A stretch of DNA of 64,000 nt from Macrostomum lignano. Taxonomy: Eukaryota. The translations under genes were made by a program, and so were the position numbers. The stretch covers positions 1,302,001 to 1,366,000 of the forward strand of contig NIVC01000032.1 of the NCBI GenBank assembly GCA_002269645.1. Direction: 5' to 3'. Within the stretch, counting starts at the first letter, position 1. Each line of letters begins with the position of its first letter. Positions 1-13,950 of this stretch are shown here, in pieces. The notes beneath the pieces are model-generated. The model searched no databases, had not been told where the DNA came from, and saw nothing but the letters and a program-made list of their open reading frames with translations.

Positions 1-104
1 GCTAAAAGAAAATTTTGTAAGTCTGATTAAGTTAAGATCGGCTTGAATATGTGTAATTTTTTATCAAAACTTTGTTTCTGATTGCGTTCATAGATCAGTA
101 AAGG

Positions 105-722
105 TGTCGTGAATGCGCCCGCACTCGTACTACTCCGCCTAGCCACCATATGCTGCTCCATCGCTTAATCGCACTGTACTGTTGTCGGCCCAACTCAACC
201 ACACAGCGCTGTTCTGGCTACATGGTTACCCCCTTGCGCTTCTCTCGACGTCGGCCCTGAGCGTTTTGCAATCCACCCAATCGCGCAAACTTAGCCTTTC
301 CGTGCATGCTCGGCTGAAGCTTTTATGTACTTATTTATTTCCTAATTTCTCAACCCTTTTTACGCCTGCTGCAAGTGCAGTCTTTGGTTGTGCTGACGGC
401 CACCTTTTCTACCACATCTTGCGTGTGATTGGCTGCCCCAGGTTGAGCCGTGATCGATCTGTCTGTCCTTTTGTTATCTCGCTCTGTTTGATTGGCTGGG
501 CCGTTTTTTGGCAACCTAAGTTTAAGTTTTCTACCCCCCTACTCTGTCTCTCCTCCTCTCTTGTCTCCCGCTCGCCGCTACCCCAAGTTGACTTGTCTAT
601 CTTTTATTGGGTTTGACTGGCTTACAACCTAGCTGGGATTCAGCAATAGGATCTGTACACGAGCCGGGATTAGCGTGGACTAGCAATCAGTGCCCCCCGC
701 TGGGGAGCCAAGAAAAACGACA
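105..722. mobile_element. Solo LTR of an LTR retrotransposon (618 bp)
   Basis: Starts TGTCGT (105) and ends ACGACA (722), giving TG...CA inverted termini. A perfect 5-bp target-site duplication AAAGG lies at 100-104 and 723-727. No internal gag/pol is present. CCAAT and AATAAA motifs on the minus strand hint at minus orientation. Confidence 0.8.
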
Positions 723-1119
723 AAAGGCTTTGATCTATTTAAAACTTAATGTAACAACTCACTATTAGTAGCTACATTTAGTCCGTTAAATTATCATGGA
801 ATCTGTTAATACCCAGTCGATACTACTGCAAGTGGCTTGTCTAGAGCACAAATACTAAAATAACTAGTTATTCTAGTATCTGTGGTCTCGAGTAGATTCT
901 TCAAAGTTAACCTACAGATATGACGGTTCACACTAAATTCCTAGGCTCCTTCTTTTCTAGTGGAACGATAGTCTATGGCCAAACCTCACTAAAAAACGAA
1001 GCCTGAGAACTCAAATTTTGCATTAACTTTTTGAACGTTAGAACGTATTGCTATTTAAACAAGTACAAAAGGAGACTTCTTGCGTAAATATATTTAAACT
1101 TGTGATCGAAAAGAATCTA

Positions 1120-1771
1120 CACTCAGCAACATTTAAAACGCAACACTCTAACTAGAAGAAAAATCAACTCACTCAGAAGAGTCAAAGCGCATAGTCTATG
1201 GTTCAAATCGAGCTTCAGAAACGCGTGTAGCTTCCTCTCGCAAGTAACAGGGCGTTGACTCGACGTGGCATTCCCAGAACAAGGCGTCGAAAAAAGTCCT
1301 GGGGAATTTCCTGCCACGCGTTAGCAACAGCGTTTCGCAGTTCAGCGACTGTCTGCGGCGGATTCTGCCGTTGAACACTCCGCTTGATAAAGTCCCAGAC
1401 ATGTTCAATTGGGTTCATATCAGGGGATCTTGAAGGCCATCGAAGAGTACGCAGGTGCAGCTGGTCCTTGAGTTCGCTGACAGCTGCTGCCCGGTGCGCC
1501 GGTGCATTGGTTCGCAACTGTTCGAAGAATACAACCTGCTTCCAACATTCCGACTGCTCGCCATCTTTCCGCGTCTGTCATCTGTTGAACCATTCTCTCA
1601 GCTGGATCACTCTATCTGAAAACAGTCCATAGTCATCGCCCTGTTACTTGCGAGAGGAAGCTACACGCGTTTCTGAAGCTCGATTTGAACCATAGACTAT
1701 GCGCTTTGACTCTTCTGAGTGAGTTGATTTTTCTTCTAGTTAGAGTGTTGCGTTTTAAATGTTGCTGAGTG
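1120..1771 (-). mobile_element. Internally deleted non-autonomous Tc1/mariner element with 141-bp TIRs
   Basis: 1120-1260 and 1631-1771 are inverted repeats (one mismatch seen at the inner end). TA dinucleotides flank both ends (1118-1119, 1772-1773). The interior encodes Tc1 transposase remnants. Confidence 0.9.
1215..1593 (-). pseudogene. Tc1-family transposase remnant (N-terminus joined out of frame to the C-terminus)
   Basis: ATG at 1593 reads MVQQMTDAERWRAVGMLEAGCILRTVA, resembling a Tc1 N-terminal HTH start. It joins at ~1515 to NAPAH...WPSRSPDMNPIEHVW...MPRRVNALLLARGSYTRF, the DDE C-terminal motifs. The middle of the gene is missing. Confidence 0.85.
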
Positions 1772-2015
1772 TATGTTAATTCATGGTAGTCACTCTCCTT
1801 GTTTAAGCTAAAAAAATTAAACTTATCCTCAGCAACATTGAAAAGTCGCCACCCCCTTTGCCCCCCAGTTAGCAGACAGTGTCTTTCGACCAGCGTCTAT
1901 CACCTGGCCAACCATTTTGATATTAAAAAATGCTTGAAAAAACAATGAAAACCGGGCGGATGCTTCAATCCATCCAATCTTCGCCCTTGGCTCTTTCCAA
2001 GCAAGTTGCGTCACT

Positions 2016-2328
2016 CAATAAGAAGAATAATAATAATTGATTACACGTGTCCCAATTAAACCAGTTGTGCAACCGACAGCTCAGCCGCAGCTATTGCGCG
2101 GCGCATCTGAAGGCTGCGTACGGCTGTTCAGTCCAAGGACTGGGGGGTCGCCACACACACCCTCAATTACCCCAGCTAATGCTGGCACCCATTTTACTGC
2201 TGAGTGAACTGAAGCAATGCAGAGTTAAGTGTCTTGCTCAATGACACAAATTGCTCCAGTGGGATCGGGAATCGAACCCCGAACCTTCAAGTCGTGAGTC
2301 CGACTCTCTCACCACTGGGCTACAACCC
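2016..2328 (-). mobile_element. tRNA-derived SINE, apparently full length
   Basis: The minus strand starts GGGTTGTAGCCCAGTGG (Pol III box A) and later has GGTTCGATTCC (box B). A TTGAGCAAGACACTTAAC central segment follows, then a (TTA/TTC)n tail. A second copy lies at ~61.7-61.9 kb. Confidence 0.75.
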
Positions 2329-3277
2329 TGTCACCAAAAAGTCAACACTGAGCTGAAATTTACTGCGCACTCTCAAAAGTAGCCACTTTTTATGTTGTTG
2401 AGCGTAAGTTTAATTAAAAATTGAAGCACAAATTAAATTTAAACTCAAACTCAGGTTTCAGCTACGAAAAAGATTTGACATTCTCGATTTGAATTAGATA
2501 AAAGTACAGAAGACAAAAAACTATTTGCGCAAATTATGTTCGTGCTTGTCCGTTTAGAAAAAAATGTTATAACGTAGAGGCCCGCTTATTGTTTTAATAA
2601 TAATATCAATAGCTAGCTAGTTAGCAAGCGTGTTGCTTAAAATAAAAAATCGTGAATACAGTACTGTCACAATGCTGGTATTTATACTCATTTTGGGTTG
2701 TCTAGTTTAGTAAAAAACTCGGTTATCAAATGATAAGTGTCCAGATGGTCGACCAAACCGCGGTAAACTTTCAGCGACGGCACGTGATAAGTATTTGCGT
2801 GAAGCATCTTCTACCTGAAAAGGTGAATTTTTCGGATTTTGTAAAAAAAACTAGATCCATTGATCATAGTAGAAGGTCGCCACACTTGCAAATACGCGCG
2901 GTTTTGAGTTGAAAATTGCGCTAGCTAAAGTTCTAAACTGTTTGATTCAAGCACAAGCGAATGTGTTTTGTTGAAGATTCTTTCACAAGTTTCTTTAAAG
3001 CATGACTTGGTGGTGGATGTTCTAAATAGTTTCCTTAGTTTACATATATTATAAAATCAATAAATATGAAAATAAAGCTATATAAGTTTAATAAAAGGTA
3101 AAAAACAATATTTTTCCATTCGAAAGCTTATGAATTAACCTCGGTTAAAGCACCTGCTTCGATCATTTCGTAAATGCAAATTTCAGAAGAATTTTAGTAC
3201 AATTTGCACGTCTATCGAGTGTGGCGCTCTTCCGCGTCAGGTTTCCGCGTGACAAATTAAATTTCGCATTTTATTAC

Positions 3278-6103
<2,826 letters not shown>

Positions 6104-7191
6104 AATCAGACGCTCGACGATGGTATTCAGCAAAGAAAGAAAAAAGTTTCACTGGTTGCGCTCCTTCCACAGCTGAGGCGAGCTGTTTAAATACTTTTTT
6201 CATGGTCACTCAAGCCCTAAGAAAAACAACCCCAAACCAGACGGAAAACGTGGCCGCCTACTTTAGCACTGACACGAGAATAATGACAATGCGAGGGGCA
6301 AGTATAGACGGGGTTTCGTTATTTTTTCGACAGAGTGAAGACTCAAGTTGAACGATGTTGTTTTGCTTGGCTAGCTAAGTTCAGTGCCAAGGCCACGAAA
6401 ATATCTGGCATATACAATAGCGATGCAGGTCCATCATTTTCTTACTCAACCGCTCTCGTCTTTTTATTGTGCCATAATATTTATTGGGCCAAGTTTTGAG
6501 CATCCACCCACCCGAATGGGTTAGTTATAGTTCTAAAAACGCACAGGGCTTTGAAGAGTTGAAGAGGTTTAAATGAAACATCTGGATTGGAACTTGTGCT
6601 GGAAAATCTTTCTCTCTGCAGTAGCTGTTTGTAGCAACTTAGCAATTATATTTTTTATTCTACTAACCTAGAAAAATCCAAGGAGTATAGGTTGAAAAAA
6701 CTTGGCTTAGCGTATTTCGGAAAAAAAACTCTGTCTCAATATGAGATCTGAAAGTCGATTTATCTAAACTAAACGTATCAAAAATAAAGTGGTACTTTGG
6801 TCGAAAGTTTGTCACTATATTAATCCTAACTCCCAACTTAGGAGTGCAAAATAGCGCTATACCTACTTGTGCATAGCATACGCCCTTACTCCAGCAAAAT
6901 TGACGACCTCTCTCAGATTGGGGGAAGGACGGGGGATGAAACTTCCCACGCTTCACTACCCGAAGCCCGAAGGGACTAGATCTTGACTTTGGCCGGTACA
7001 AGGACCACTATGAGCACTTCGTTATAATCTAGTGTAGTAGTCCTTGGGCCGGTATTTCGGTATCTTATATCTAAAGCTGAGTGGATCGATCGACCGGCCG
7101 GGTTTAACGCGTATCTCCTCCTAAACGGCTGGCGACTCAAATGCGGGACTTCTATCTATCTATATATACTAAAGTTGACGTGTTGTTTGTC

Positions 7192-7222
<31 letters not shown>

Positions 7223-8544
7223 CATTTCGACAACTCCTCCTTGAATAGTGGCAACTCAGCGTTGAAACTTATATGGGAAGATTGGAAATTATCCGAGGTC
7301 GGCTATAGGCTATTTTAATTCTGAAATTTTAATTTCTAAGATCCTCAAAAAAGCAGAAAACGGCGGTCTTGACCTTTGATAATCTTAATTGTCCCCTCTT
7401 TCTGCTTGGAGCTGAAAATTTGCATGAATTTCAAGTGATTGCGCCACAACTTTTCCCTATCTCTGCAGTGTATTTTCTCTCCAGTGGGGGATGGGGCGTT
7501 CTAAATGGCTGCCTGTGTACAATCGGACCCTGGCTCACTGGCTGACTGTATAGACAATTGCGCAAAGATTTGTGTTCTAATTTTCAATAGGCAGCCCTGT
7601 GATTTTGTTGAACCTTGAAATTCAATGCATAAACTTGCGGGCCTCTTTAGCAGGCAGTGAACGTACAATCGATATTTCAATGCTTTAAATCAGAAAGTTT
7701 CAAACGCAAACTGTTGCTCGAGTTTTTAACTTTGAGAGAAAAAATTTATATTGCTGGAAAGAACTTGCAAAGCTGATTTCAGGGATATAAATTGTTTGCT
7801 TCAAATATGAAAACTAAAAGCTCTGCATTGCAAAAACTATTTCCATACTTTAAACTTTCTGCAAAGATTGTACTCATTTTGGCGAGAGGTGAGAGATAAA
7901 GTTGGGGGTTTCGACTTCTAACTGGCGCTGTGTATAGGAAGGGGGTCAGTTGCTTTGTATTGGAGGGTTGATTAGATTGCGCAAACTTTGTGTTAACTTT
8001 AACTGAGACTTATACTGACTAACACAGAAATATATTGCGCAATCAATTGATTCAATTGGTTAGCTTTTTTATTATCGGCCCTGTGTATTAGCTTGGCAGT
8101 GAAATTCAATGTACAAAATTGCGAGCCTCACAGGCAAGCAGTCAGGAAATCGGTAAATTTCAAACGCTAACTGCTCCTTGAGTTTTAAACTTTGAGAGGA
8201 GAGACTTATATTGCTGGAAAGATCTTGCAACGCTGAGTTTAGGGATATAAGTTGTTTGCTTTAAATATGAAAAGAAAAAGCACCGCATTTAAAAAACTAT
8301 TTCCATACTTTTAACTTTCTGCAAAAATTGTACTCAGTTTTGCGAGACGTAATAGATAAAGTTGGGGGAGGGTTCAACTTCTCACTGCTGCTGTGTATTG
8401 GAGGGTTGATTTAGATTGCGCAATGTTTTTGTTAACTTTAACTGAGACTGATACTGACTGACTGTGAAATCGGTTGCGCAATGATTTGATTCAATTAATT
8501 CAATATTTTTATCAGTGCCTTTTAACACGAAGCTGTGCGTAGTT

Positions 8545-8572
8545 CTAACCCTAACCCTAACCCTAACCCTAA
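8545..8572 (+). repeat. Interstitial telomere-type (CTAACC)n tract; homologous tracts start at 10893, 12745, 15205, 16479, 27007, 28640, 29875, 31473 and 34187
   Basis: About 3-6 copies of the TTAGGG complement, always directly after a ...GCTG..G.GTAG(C/T)T motif in each unit. Confidence 0.95.
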
Positions 8573-11500
8573 TGAATCTGGCGAGTTGAGTTGTTTGACG
8601 GAAAAAATTCGATTAAGTCAAGTTTAGCGGAGACGATTTCAATGTTTAAATTCTGACGGAGAAGATTTCTGTTTCGTGGAGAGGATTTCGATGATGTTCA
8701 GTTTCACGAAAGGATTTCCATGGTGTTCAGTTTCACGGAGAGGATTTCGATCATGTTCAGCTTCACGGAGAGGCTTTCTGTTTCGCGGAGATAATTTATG
8801 ATTGATTTCTGTTTTATGGAAACAATTTTGATGGATTTAAGTTTCAAGGAGAGGATTTCGAAGGAGTCCAGTTTCACTGAGAGGATTTCGATGGTTTTTA
8901 GTTGCACAGACAGGATTTTTGCTTCGCGGAGAGGATCTTGATGGATTTGGCATCTTCAATCAGTCAGAGAAGAGAGTAAAGAGAAGACTGAGAAGAGAAG
9001 AGAGAAGAGATGATAGAAAACAGAGTATAATTGAGTGGAGAGATTAGACATGACAGATTGGAGATGATAGGAGAGAGAATAAATGAGGGATAAGAGCGTA
9101 CAGAGGCAATAGAAGAGAGGGGAGAGTAGAGGAGAAAGAAAGAGTGAGATGAGGAGATGAGGGATGAGAGAGCAGGGGAGAGAGGAGGGAGAAGAGAGAT
9201 GGAAGATAGAGATGAGAGAGATAAAAGTGCAGAGAGAAGTAATTAGTGAGGAGAAAGAAGAGAGTAAAAATAAAAATCAGAGCGCAGGCCGCAAGAGTTG
9301 AGAGATGGGAGTTGATAGATTGTAGAGGATTTGGAGATGATTTGGAAGATGGGATTCAATTCATTGAATTTCAGCTGATAGGAGTTCTTCCCCTTCAGAA
9401 TTCCGGTGATGATAGGAGTTCTTCCCCTTCAGAATTCCGGTGATGGGAGTTCTTCCCCTTCAGAATTCCGGTGATGGGAGTTCTTCCCATTTCTCCTCCA
9501 GAGGAGGAGTTCCACTCTATATACTAAAGTTGACGCGTTGTTTGTCTGTCTGTCTGTGTGTCTGTCTGTCATTTCGACAACTCCTCCTTGAATAGTGGCA
9601 ACTCAGCGTTGAAACTTATATGGGAAGATTGGAAATTATCCGAGGTCGGCTATAGGCTATTTTAATTCTGAAATTTTAATTTCTAAGATCCTCAAAAAAG
9701 CAGAAAACGGCGGTCTTGACCTTTGATAATCTTAATTGTCCCCTCTTTCTGCTTGGAGCTGAAAATTTGCATGAATTTCAAGTGATTGCGCCACAACTTT
9801 TCCCTATCTCTGCAGTGTATTTTCTCTCCAGTGGGGGGATGGGGCGTTCTAAATGGCTGCCTGTGTACAATCGGACCCTGGCTCACTGGCTGACTGTATA
9901 GACAATTGCGCAAAGATTTGTGTTCTAATTTTCAATAGGCAGCCCTGTGATTTTGTTGAACGTTGAAATTCAATGCATAAACTTGCGGGCCTCTTTAGCA
10001 GGCAGTGAACGTACAATCGATATTTCAATGCTTTAAATCAGAAAGTTTCAAACGCAAACTGTTGCTCGAGTTTTTAACTTTGAGAGAAAAAATTTATATT
10101 GCTGGAAAGAACTTGCAAAGCTGATTTCAGGGATATAAATTGTTTGCTTCAAATATGAAAACTAAAAGCTCTGCATTGCAAAAACTATTTCCATACTTTA
10201 AACTTTCTGCAAAGATTGTACTCATTTTGGCGAGAGGTGAGAGATAAAGTTGGGGGTTTCGACTTCTAACTGGCGCTGTGTATAGGAAGGGGGTCAGTTG
10301 CTTTGTATTGGAGGGTTGATTAGATTGCGCAAACTTTGTGTTAACTTTAACTGAGACTTATACTGACTAACACAGAAATATATTGCGCAATCAATTGATT
10401 CAATTGGTTAGCTTTTTTATTATCGGCCCTGTGTATTAGCTTGGCAGTGAAATTCAATGTACAAAATTGCGAGCCTCACAGGCAAGCAGTCAGGAAATCG
10501 GTAAATTTCAAACGCTAACTGCTCCTTGAGTTTTAAACTTTGAGAGGAGAGACTTATATTGCTGGAAAGATCTTGCAACGCTGAGTTTAGGGATATAAGT
10601 TGTTTGCTTTAAATATGAAAAGAAAAAGCACCGCATTTAAAAAACTATTTCCATACTTTTAACTTTCTGCAAAAATTGTACTCAGTTTTGCGAGACGTAA
10701 TAGATAAAGTTGGGGGAGGGTTCAACTTCTCACTGCTGCTGTGTATTGGAGGGTTGATTTAGATTGCGCAATGTTTTTGTTAACTTTAACTGAGACTGAT
10801 ACTGACTGACTGTGAAATCGGTTGCGCAATGATTTGATTCAATTAATTCAATATTTTTATCAGTGCCTTTTAACACGAAGCTGTGCGTAGTTCTAACCCT
10901 AACCCTAACCCTAACCCTAACCCTAATGAATCTGGCGAGTTGAGTTGTTTGACGGAAAAAATTCGATTAAGTCAAGTTTAGCGGAGACGATTTCAATGTT
11001 TAAATTCTGACGGAGAAGATTTCTGTTTCGTGGAGAGGATTTCGATGATGTTCAGTTTCACGAAAGGATTTCCATGGTGTTCAGTTTCACGGAGAGGATT
11101 TCGATCATGTTCAGCTTCACGGAGAGGCTTTCTGTTTCGCGGAGATAATTTATGATTGATTTCTGTTTTATGGAAACAATTTTGATGGATTTAAGTTTCA
11201 AGGAGAGGATTTCGAAGGAGTCCAGTTTCACTGAGAGGATTTCGATGGTTTTTAGTTGCACAGACAGGATTTTTGCTTCGCGGAGAGGATCTTGATGGAT
11301 TTGGCATCTTCAATCAGTCAGAGAAGAGAGTAAAGAGAAGACTGAGAAGAGAAGAGAGAAGAGATGATAGAAAACAGAGTATAATTGAGTGGAGAGATTA
11401 GACATGACAGATTGGAGATGATAGGAGAGAGAATAAATGAGGGATAAGAGCGTACAGAGGCAATAGAAGAGAGGGGAGAGTAGAGGAGAAAGAAAGAGTG

Positions 11501-13109
11501 AGATGAGGAGATGAGGGATGAGAGAGCAGGGGAGAGAGGAGGGAGAAGAGAGATGGAAGATAGAGATGAGAGAGATAAAAGTACAGAGAGAAGTAATTAG
11601 TGAGGAGAAAGAAGAGAGTAAAAATAAAAATCAGAGCGCAGGCCGCAAGAGTTGAGAGATGGGAGTTGATAGATTGTAGAGGATTTGGAGATGATTTGGA
11701 AGATGGGATTCAATTCATGGAATTTCAGCTGATAGGAGTTCTTCCCCTTCAGAATTCCGGTGATGGGAGTTCTTCCCCTTCAGAATTCCGGTGATGGGAG
11801 TTCTTCCCATTTCTCCTCCAGAGGAGGAGTTCCACTCGTATATACTAAAGTTGACGCGTTGTTTGTCTGTCTGTGTGTCATTTCGACAACTCCTCCTTGA
11901 ATAGTGCCAACTCAGCGTTGAAACTTATATGGGAAGATTGGAAATTATCCGAGGTCGGCTATAGGCTATTTTAATTCTGAAATTTTAATTTCTAAGATCC
12001 TCAAAAAAGCAGAAAACTTGAATCTTGACCTTTGATAATCTTAATTGTCCCCTCTTTCTGCTTGGAGCTGAAAAATGCATGAATTTTTAGTGATTGCGCC
12101 ACAACTTTTCCCTATCTCTGAAGTGTATTTTCTTTCCAGTGGGGGGTGGGAGCGTTCTCAGTGGCTGCGTGTGTACACTTGGACCCTGGCTCACTGGCTG
12201 ACTTTATAGATAATTGCGCAATGATATGGCTACTGATAAGTTTTCCTGCCTTTCAATGGGCAGTCCTGTGTATTTGTTGGACATTGAAATTCAATGCATC
12301 AACTTGCAAGCAGGCAGTGAACGTACACTCGATACTTCAATGCTATAAATTAGACAGTTTCAAACGCTAACTGTTCCTCGAGTTTTAAACTTTGAGAGGA
12401 GAAACTTATATTGCTGGCAAGATCTTGCAACGCTGAGTTCGGGGATATAAGTTGTTTGCTTTAAATATGAAAAGAAAAAGCACAGCATTTGAAAAACTAT
12501 TTCCATACTTTAACTTTCTGCAAAGATTGTACTCAGTTTTGCGAGACATCATAGATAAAGTTGGGGGGAGGGTTCAACTTCTCACTGCTGCTGTGTATTG
12601 GAGGGTTGATTTAGATTGCGCAATGTTTTTGTTAACTTTACCTGAGGCTGATACTGACTGACTGTGAAATCGGTTGCGCAATGAATTGATTCAATCAGTT
12701 CAATATTTTTATCTGTGCCTTTTAACACGAAGCTGTGCGTAGTTCTAACCCTAACCCTAACCCTAACCCTAACCCTAATGAATCTGGCGAGTTGAGTTGT
12801 TTGACGGAAAAAATTCGATTAAGTCAAGTTTAGCGAAGACGATTTCAATGTTTAAATTCTGACGGAGAAGATTTCTGTTTCGTGGAGAGGATTTCGATGG
12901 TGTTTAGTTTCACGGAGAGGATTTCTGTTTCGCGGAGATAAATTACGATTGATTTCTGTTTTATGGAGACTATTTTGATGGATTTAAGTTTCAAGGAGAG
13001 GATTTCGAAGGAGTCCAGTTTCACGCAGAGGATTTCGATGGTTTTCAGTTGCATGGACAGGATTTTTCTGCTTCGCGGAGAGGATCTTGATAAATTTGGC
13101 ATCTTCAAT

Positions 13110-13950
13110 CAGTCAGAGAAGAGAGTAAAGAGAAGAATGAAAAGAGAAGAGAGATGAGATGATAGAAAACAGAGTAGAAATGAGTGGACAAATTGGACAT
13201 GACAGATGGGAGAGAAGAGGGGAGTAAGGCGGGAACAAAGGAGAGAGAAGAGAAGAGGAGAGAGAAGATGAAGGGAGAGGATATGAGAGAGGAGATATGA
13301 GATAGCAGAGAGGAGACAGGAGAGAAAAGAAAGGAGGGATAAGAGCGTACAGAGGCAATAGAAGAGAGGAAAGAGAGGAGAGAGGTGAGAGGTGAGAGAA
13401 GAGAGATGAAAGATCAGAGATCAGAGATTTAAGAGAAGAAAGTAGTGAGGAGAAAGAAGAGGGTAAAGATGAGAGTGCAGAGAGGAGAGAAACGAGAGGA
13501 GACAGGTGGTAGAAAAGAGTGTAAAAAACAGGAGATAAGAAAGGAGAGGGTGAGAGTGAGAGCATATAGGAAAGTGTAAAAGGGGAGCAGAGGAGAGAGA
13601 ATAGATGGGTGAGTAGAGAAGAGATATGAGAGGGGAGAGACGAGGGGAGAGAGGAGACAGGAGAGAGTAAATTTGAAAGACCTGGGAGAAGAGATAAATA
13701 AGATAGATGAGAGGAGAGAGAGGACAGATGAGAGATGCAATTAGAAAAGAGATAAGTGAGAAAATAAGAAAGAGAGATTTGAGAAGAGAGGGGAGAAGAT
13801 GAGAGGAGAAAGGAATGGAGAGAAGAGAGAATGGAGAGGAGAGAAAAGAGAGGAGACAAGAGACGGTAGTAAGGAGGGCAGAAAGATGGAAGATAAGAAC
13901 GGAGAGGGTGATATGAGAGATATGAGATATGAGAAATGAGAGCAGAGACA
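13110..13950. repeat. Purine-rich (GA) low-complexity block inside a Helitron unit; similar blocks at ~8975-9310, 11330-11660, 31730-32730, 35170-35930 and 36240-36770
   Basis: Almost pure A/G on the plus strand. Most blocks share the flanks CAGTCAGAGAAGAGAG and GAGTC(T/C)(C/G)AGT(C/T)TGGAC. Confidence 0.85.

Noticed and set aside
182-616. 144-aa ORF
   Set aside because: It lies within the solo LTR, starts at TTG and has no recognisable motifs.
2255-2328. Functional tRNA gene
   Set aside because: Boxes A and B are present, but I could not fold a convincing cloverleaf with a paired acceptor stem. The sequence continues into a SINE body shared with the copy at 61.8 kb.
2900-3240. Terminal exon of gene A (candidate acceptors near 3210 and 3025)
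   Set aside because: Both give short in-phase endings with no similarity to the expected CC micro-exon. I cannot choose between them without transcripts.
8545-8572. True chromosome end or telomerase RNA template
   Set aside because: The tracts are only 3-6 repeats long, internal, and repeated with each transposon unit. No telomerase RNA structure can be supported.
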